IMG/VR virus record: IMGVR_UViG_3300025122_000006 | Length of the DNA: 64,000 bases | Direction: 5' to 3' (one strand) | Source: a virus | Part shown: piece after piece, positions 62,501 through 64,000 of the stretch | Layout of the letters: each line of letters begins with the position of its first letter | Numbering within the stretch: position 1 is the first letter of the stretch | Notes under the pieces: generated by a model | Databases searched by the model: none | What the model was told of the DNA's origin: nothing | The model's input: the letters and a program-made list of their open reading frames with translations, nothing else | Made by a program: the position numbers and the translations under genes

Positions 62501-63782
62501 CCAAAAAAGCCAAAACAGTCGGATATTTATTAAGAACGAAGCTCCCATTCAGTCTTACATATTCTTTGCATCCAGATTTTGCGTAAACTTGATATTTGTT
62601 GTTCTTTTTTGCTATATTAAAAGGAATCTCGTCTGTAGTATCGAAAACTATTTTTATTTTTTCGGCTTCGGTTCGTATACCAAAGGTGGGAACATTAAAC
62701 AGAAACAATCTTTCAAAACCATTTTGAGCTAAAACGTCATTCAAAAGAGCTTTAAATTCAGTTATCTCGCTTATAACTTGAGCGTAATTTAGCCTATTCA
62801 AGCTAGGATCTTCTCCAACTATAGGCTGTTCTGCTCTAATTAATAAATCATCAACGCGTTGAAACGCCGAGTAATAAAAGCTGAAGGCGTTGAGAGATAC
62901 TCTTAATTTAAACAAACGATCTGATAAACTTTGTGTATCAAGAACTATTTCGTCTAAATTAAATGCAAGATCTTCAGTTATATCTGATACTCCAATCGGA
63001 GCTTCTGGGATTTTATTAAAATTTTCAGCAGGAATCGAGATTAAATATTTTTTCCCTTCATTATATCGATAATTAACATAAGTCTCTTCTATTACTGTGA
63101 CCCACTCTAAAGCATAAGGGTGAACCATCGGATATAAATTTTCTATTTTTTCTAGTCGACTTGAAAGATCAGAGCCGAAGTAAGTTGTCAAATACTCTTT
63201 TAATTGACCTTGTTCATTTTCAGAAGGGAAAAGCCCGAATCTTTCAAATCTATCTTTATCTAGCAACCCCTTCGTAACAAGTCCGGTTAAGGCTAGTGCT
63301 GAGATACCTCCCGGTACTCCTGCAAAAGCGATGCCCAATAATACACCAGCTATTTTTGCTGATTTAAATTTTTCTGCTTTTGTTTTATATTCCTCTATAT
63401 CAGCGCGGAGATCTTGTATCTCTTTTTTAGTTGCAGAACAGCCGCCAAAAGAACAGACGGTTTCGTCTGCTATCAATTTATCATATTGTGATAATAATCT
63501 TCTTATTCCTTCGCGAATAATTTCTTGCTCTAATCGATCGTCAGCCGGGAATATTATTCCACCTGGCTGTTCTCCTGATACTTCTAATTCGTTAATTACT
63601 ATTTTATATTGACAAGTGGCTTCATCTAGCCAGCCTTCTGTCATTTTAAACCATCGCTTTTCGAGCACATAGTTGGGGTTCTTTGTGCAAGTTGGACAAA
63701 TTTGTTTTTCAACAAACGATTGTCGTTCTACGATGCATTCGTCTTGTTGAAAATCAGAAAATTTTTCTTCTGCTTCAGCCAT
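56568..63782 (-). CDS. giant (2404 aa) hypothetical protein in the baseplate region
   Basis: Uninterrupted ORF with GAGG SD; mostly helical and charged; one hydrophobic segment near the N-terminus; many Cys. Confidence 0.7.
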   Translation of the reverse strand: MAEAEEKFSDFQQDECIVERQSFVEKQICPTCTKNPNYVLEKRWFKMTEGWLDEATCQYKIVINELEVSGEQPGGIIFPADDRLEQEIIREGIRRLLSQYDKLIADETVCSFGGCSATKKEIQDLRADIEEYKTKAEKFKSAKIAGVLLGIAFAGVPGGISALALTGLVTKGLLDKDRFERFGLFPSENEQGQLKEYLTTYFGSDLSSRLEKIENLYPMVHPYALEWVTVIEETYVNYRYNEGKKYLISIPAENFNKIPEAPIGVSDITEDLAFNLDEIVLDTQSLSDRLFKLRVSLNAFSFYYSAFQRVDDLLIRAEQPIVGEDPSLNRLNYAQVISEITEFKALLNDVLAQNGFERLFLFNVPTFGIRTEAEKIKIVFDTTDEIPFNIAKKNNKYQVYAKSGCKEYVRLNGSFVLNKYPTVLAFLARLDEITIDLTALETKPWLEFTLEYFYPTMIADYGLNSGAATEEQKSALACFLEQELALGDGNLIDSVTETILSAADIWAYERAKEACKQREAAVEDGASAEKDKKNRKERKAERAAERRAEMVDRFTNDIYNEEIQIIVDNFNYIELTADEDHVPWTRQRFENRYPETVESTREIAKQEAEEKYAANEEKFGDKITNSPWAHDTKDALRATFEKEFTIVDTLKKDINTLKDVEGLNDFLAVFGVCGVSKLSGTVIKCLTGGLTLEKILDAAIRKIFEYMDLYVFQAFLNGLPANIKREIDRQIQKQFGKGLGVAKLLGFLLEQQPNANLRAVSGPMLAEIDRAMDVIRKSVLPADDLSPQNLEEVAYLLEGGDTTFGIWALKLEVDKVYDYDAKSFKGENDKDKKHNERLLRRNIRSAIKDRDKEELEAARKKFLSLLNQPALLEGSTLQEDAAEKRAVRAEGREQRRGAGVDLVNTKIGALGKSEYEQAVQDYEETNLGVKVNKLIGAVLVEAIESLFDFIPSTNLFEMLKQFPIPDLVINLLETLIKPCPSQPLFYPPPAEFLNSLKVDICDPTLQISFPKLVMPPTNWRYSLRKKVRDEVRKKLQELFTKLLVDMFKKILDSLESAFCKALETIGGLAAESLGSKNLEDSFYKALDAAFCGPDPGYENARAISDSLFGLHAAKATNLISGLAAQDELLNAITSDEPDDELNDRIATAINTLAPELEVLLGSPGKVSYFFWTVGSFLSSEDKERIQDMLDEGIPNLPISSAICLTNEQLDEWNKLREQLLRDKGLSREDAFAQVNRLNDLTEEALADFMDDKAALDGPGLFTAPVADLFGLHTDADDDCGKLAEDAGIDDIYDNDEECCDDIIQNQQSEFEKDQERTDTEEEFEALNRIIKRSFLGRGGIFNEALRDMNDKTLFFHILRVKRTHLWSNYANHPDEHEIKYADAGKILQATMKLTSEGTGKPDPEGIFPETVCIKLRDEASKEDNFEIKSSAGFSTEKIKSEPYSPGFRIDEILTEEAVSKNDGNKEHNIFLRFVNDQKDNKDILPKRNRVYYESYSNVTYHSVNPGYFDYYSSVTENISKDDPSYEADYSSIIPIELSDEQVGVLSAININYGVDKENNMRQYVFDKFLNYNYSDLIGSQDYKSLFDSTIEEFTKSVKDSVFIDPDNDIPYGFRFGYKPDSLIEDDFVYYNPDGKAEYNLRNAEKILGVYNNSRIVVLDPEVYGGTYRRPPIHIKPLTYTGWLDTSQVLFGGYEGCEPKTPGALAFKDIGQRVNKLKNGLQEDSRLAEDPDCISIRPFNHLLHSKTHASLDGVVRTTLRTYAAEYFLLGLGIFTNLKFSENNYDLACTTYMVNKMKETMTGLGSARSSRRIRIKRSNYWYTFLEQTVQAYQRMIDVDGLKPPIEIQSALDIIYQVQKNYVYPTRKLKRKFLNVDYTFRCPGAEMHPDDITDISYFYHAAAAFRIYGDNMFKAEDEVKIRRKKRFRLKKLRFFTKILAIRIVERECILILSEMMKSEIRILSDRFSGEMSVAPTISDAKKYLLGMEKIFPMSNSRIGLASHENDGDPGNIPSVSENNMSFDVPDASKATFIVEKYIRLREGPPSKIQLDGSYKPVPDFILNRLDEYRGIISPEKFNEFKASLSQEGLGDFRLSDCFGDLEFVYKKNIKSFYEKKSTSKRAFINDRMLQEFITLNPDLEEEIVGFHQKYLLGRDPPGFTILISKKNLDVNEELSPAGVVGDTGVYYGIRISIIPPKGKYNIDSTSELTRKSKASKALMFNDGNLILPLVSEEILVIDQNLDTFDPLKSYDLACMVSKVQANPIYTLMFDKVFSTSMISSMAAIYCMHNWPFALGFGTSDDPTEFIERDIDAIDPADPEDESDGVYNKRAKRMLRRQFAGLYLSNDSDGLHPDREDSDGRLEVDNPFDEMSLANLIPKIPLLQRRRIIANPYDANGEECTNPLKDLF

Positions 63783-63791
63783 TTTTAGTCC

Positions 63792-64000
63792 TCAAATTCC
63801 TTTTACATGTTTTGATAGAAAAGGGGTAGATCCCCTCGGTGTCATGAAGTTTTCTCTAATGTTATCTATCTGAGACCTCACGTTTGCTGCTTGTTGTATA
63901 GAAATAAAATTCTGTATTTTTGTAATAGCTCCCCCGACAATTCCAATAGAACTTGGTGTTGTCGGAGCTCCAAAGCCAGGAGCAGAGTCATGGAAATGAC
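63792..64000 (-). CDS. 3' end of a gene entering from the window edge, possibly a baseplate spike
   Basis: Open frame ...HFHDSAPGFGAPTTPS...KHVKGI-stop; HxH followed by G/P/T resembles spike-tip metal motifs. Confidence 0.45.
   Translation of the reverse strand, partial: HFHDSAPGFGAPTTPSSIGIVGGAITKIQNFISIQQAANVRSQIDNIRENFMTPRGSTPFLSKHVKGI

Noticed and set aside
468-63612. All plus-strand ORFs in the track
   Set aside because: They are antisense shadows of long minus-strand genes, with no recognisable motifs; the minus strand is already almost fully coding.
1-64000. Alternative genetic code (stop-codon reassignment)
   Set aside because: Core genes are full length in the standard code, and TAA, TAG and TGA all end genes at sensible positions.

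Overview
This 64-kb window is part of a large, AT-rich, T4-like (myovirus-type) phage genome, and every credible gene is on the minus strand. Reading in gene order (right to left) it holds: a baseplate/tail block (partial spike-like ORF, 2404-aa unknown, gp25, gp6, large wedge/fibre-anchor proteins); a small DNA-metabolism block (RuvC-like resolvase, HxGH nucleotidyltransferase, DnaG-type primase, tRNA-Leu(UAA), fused Mre11-Rad50); a probable lysis trio; terminase large subunit, portal and prohead protease; ribosomal protein bS21; fibre genes; scaffold and major capsid protein. The main unexplained pattern is that at least 11 otherwise unrelated small genes (one missed by the ORF track) start with the same ~16-aa leader, M-K-[LI]-[TS]-K-x-x-L-K-x-[IL]-I-x-E-[EA]-[LMI]; three more carry variant leaders. 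The leader ends in I/L-x-E sites of the kind cut by T4 gp21-type proteases, and it is fused to varied cargo (HIxxRH nuclease-like, membrane-spanning, acidic). I infer a capsid-targeting 'address label plus polymorphic cargo' system. Two promoter classes are visible: sigma70 TTGACA/TATAAT sites in front of the DNA-metabolism genes, and a recurring CTA[AT]TTA motif mostly 18-35 nt upstream of structural and leader-bearing genes. Tail and baseplate proteins are strongly enriched in [ST]-G-S tripeptides. All assignments come from motif recognition by eye; no searches were run.
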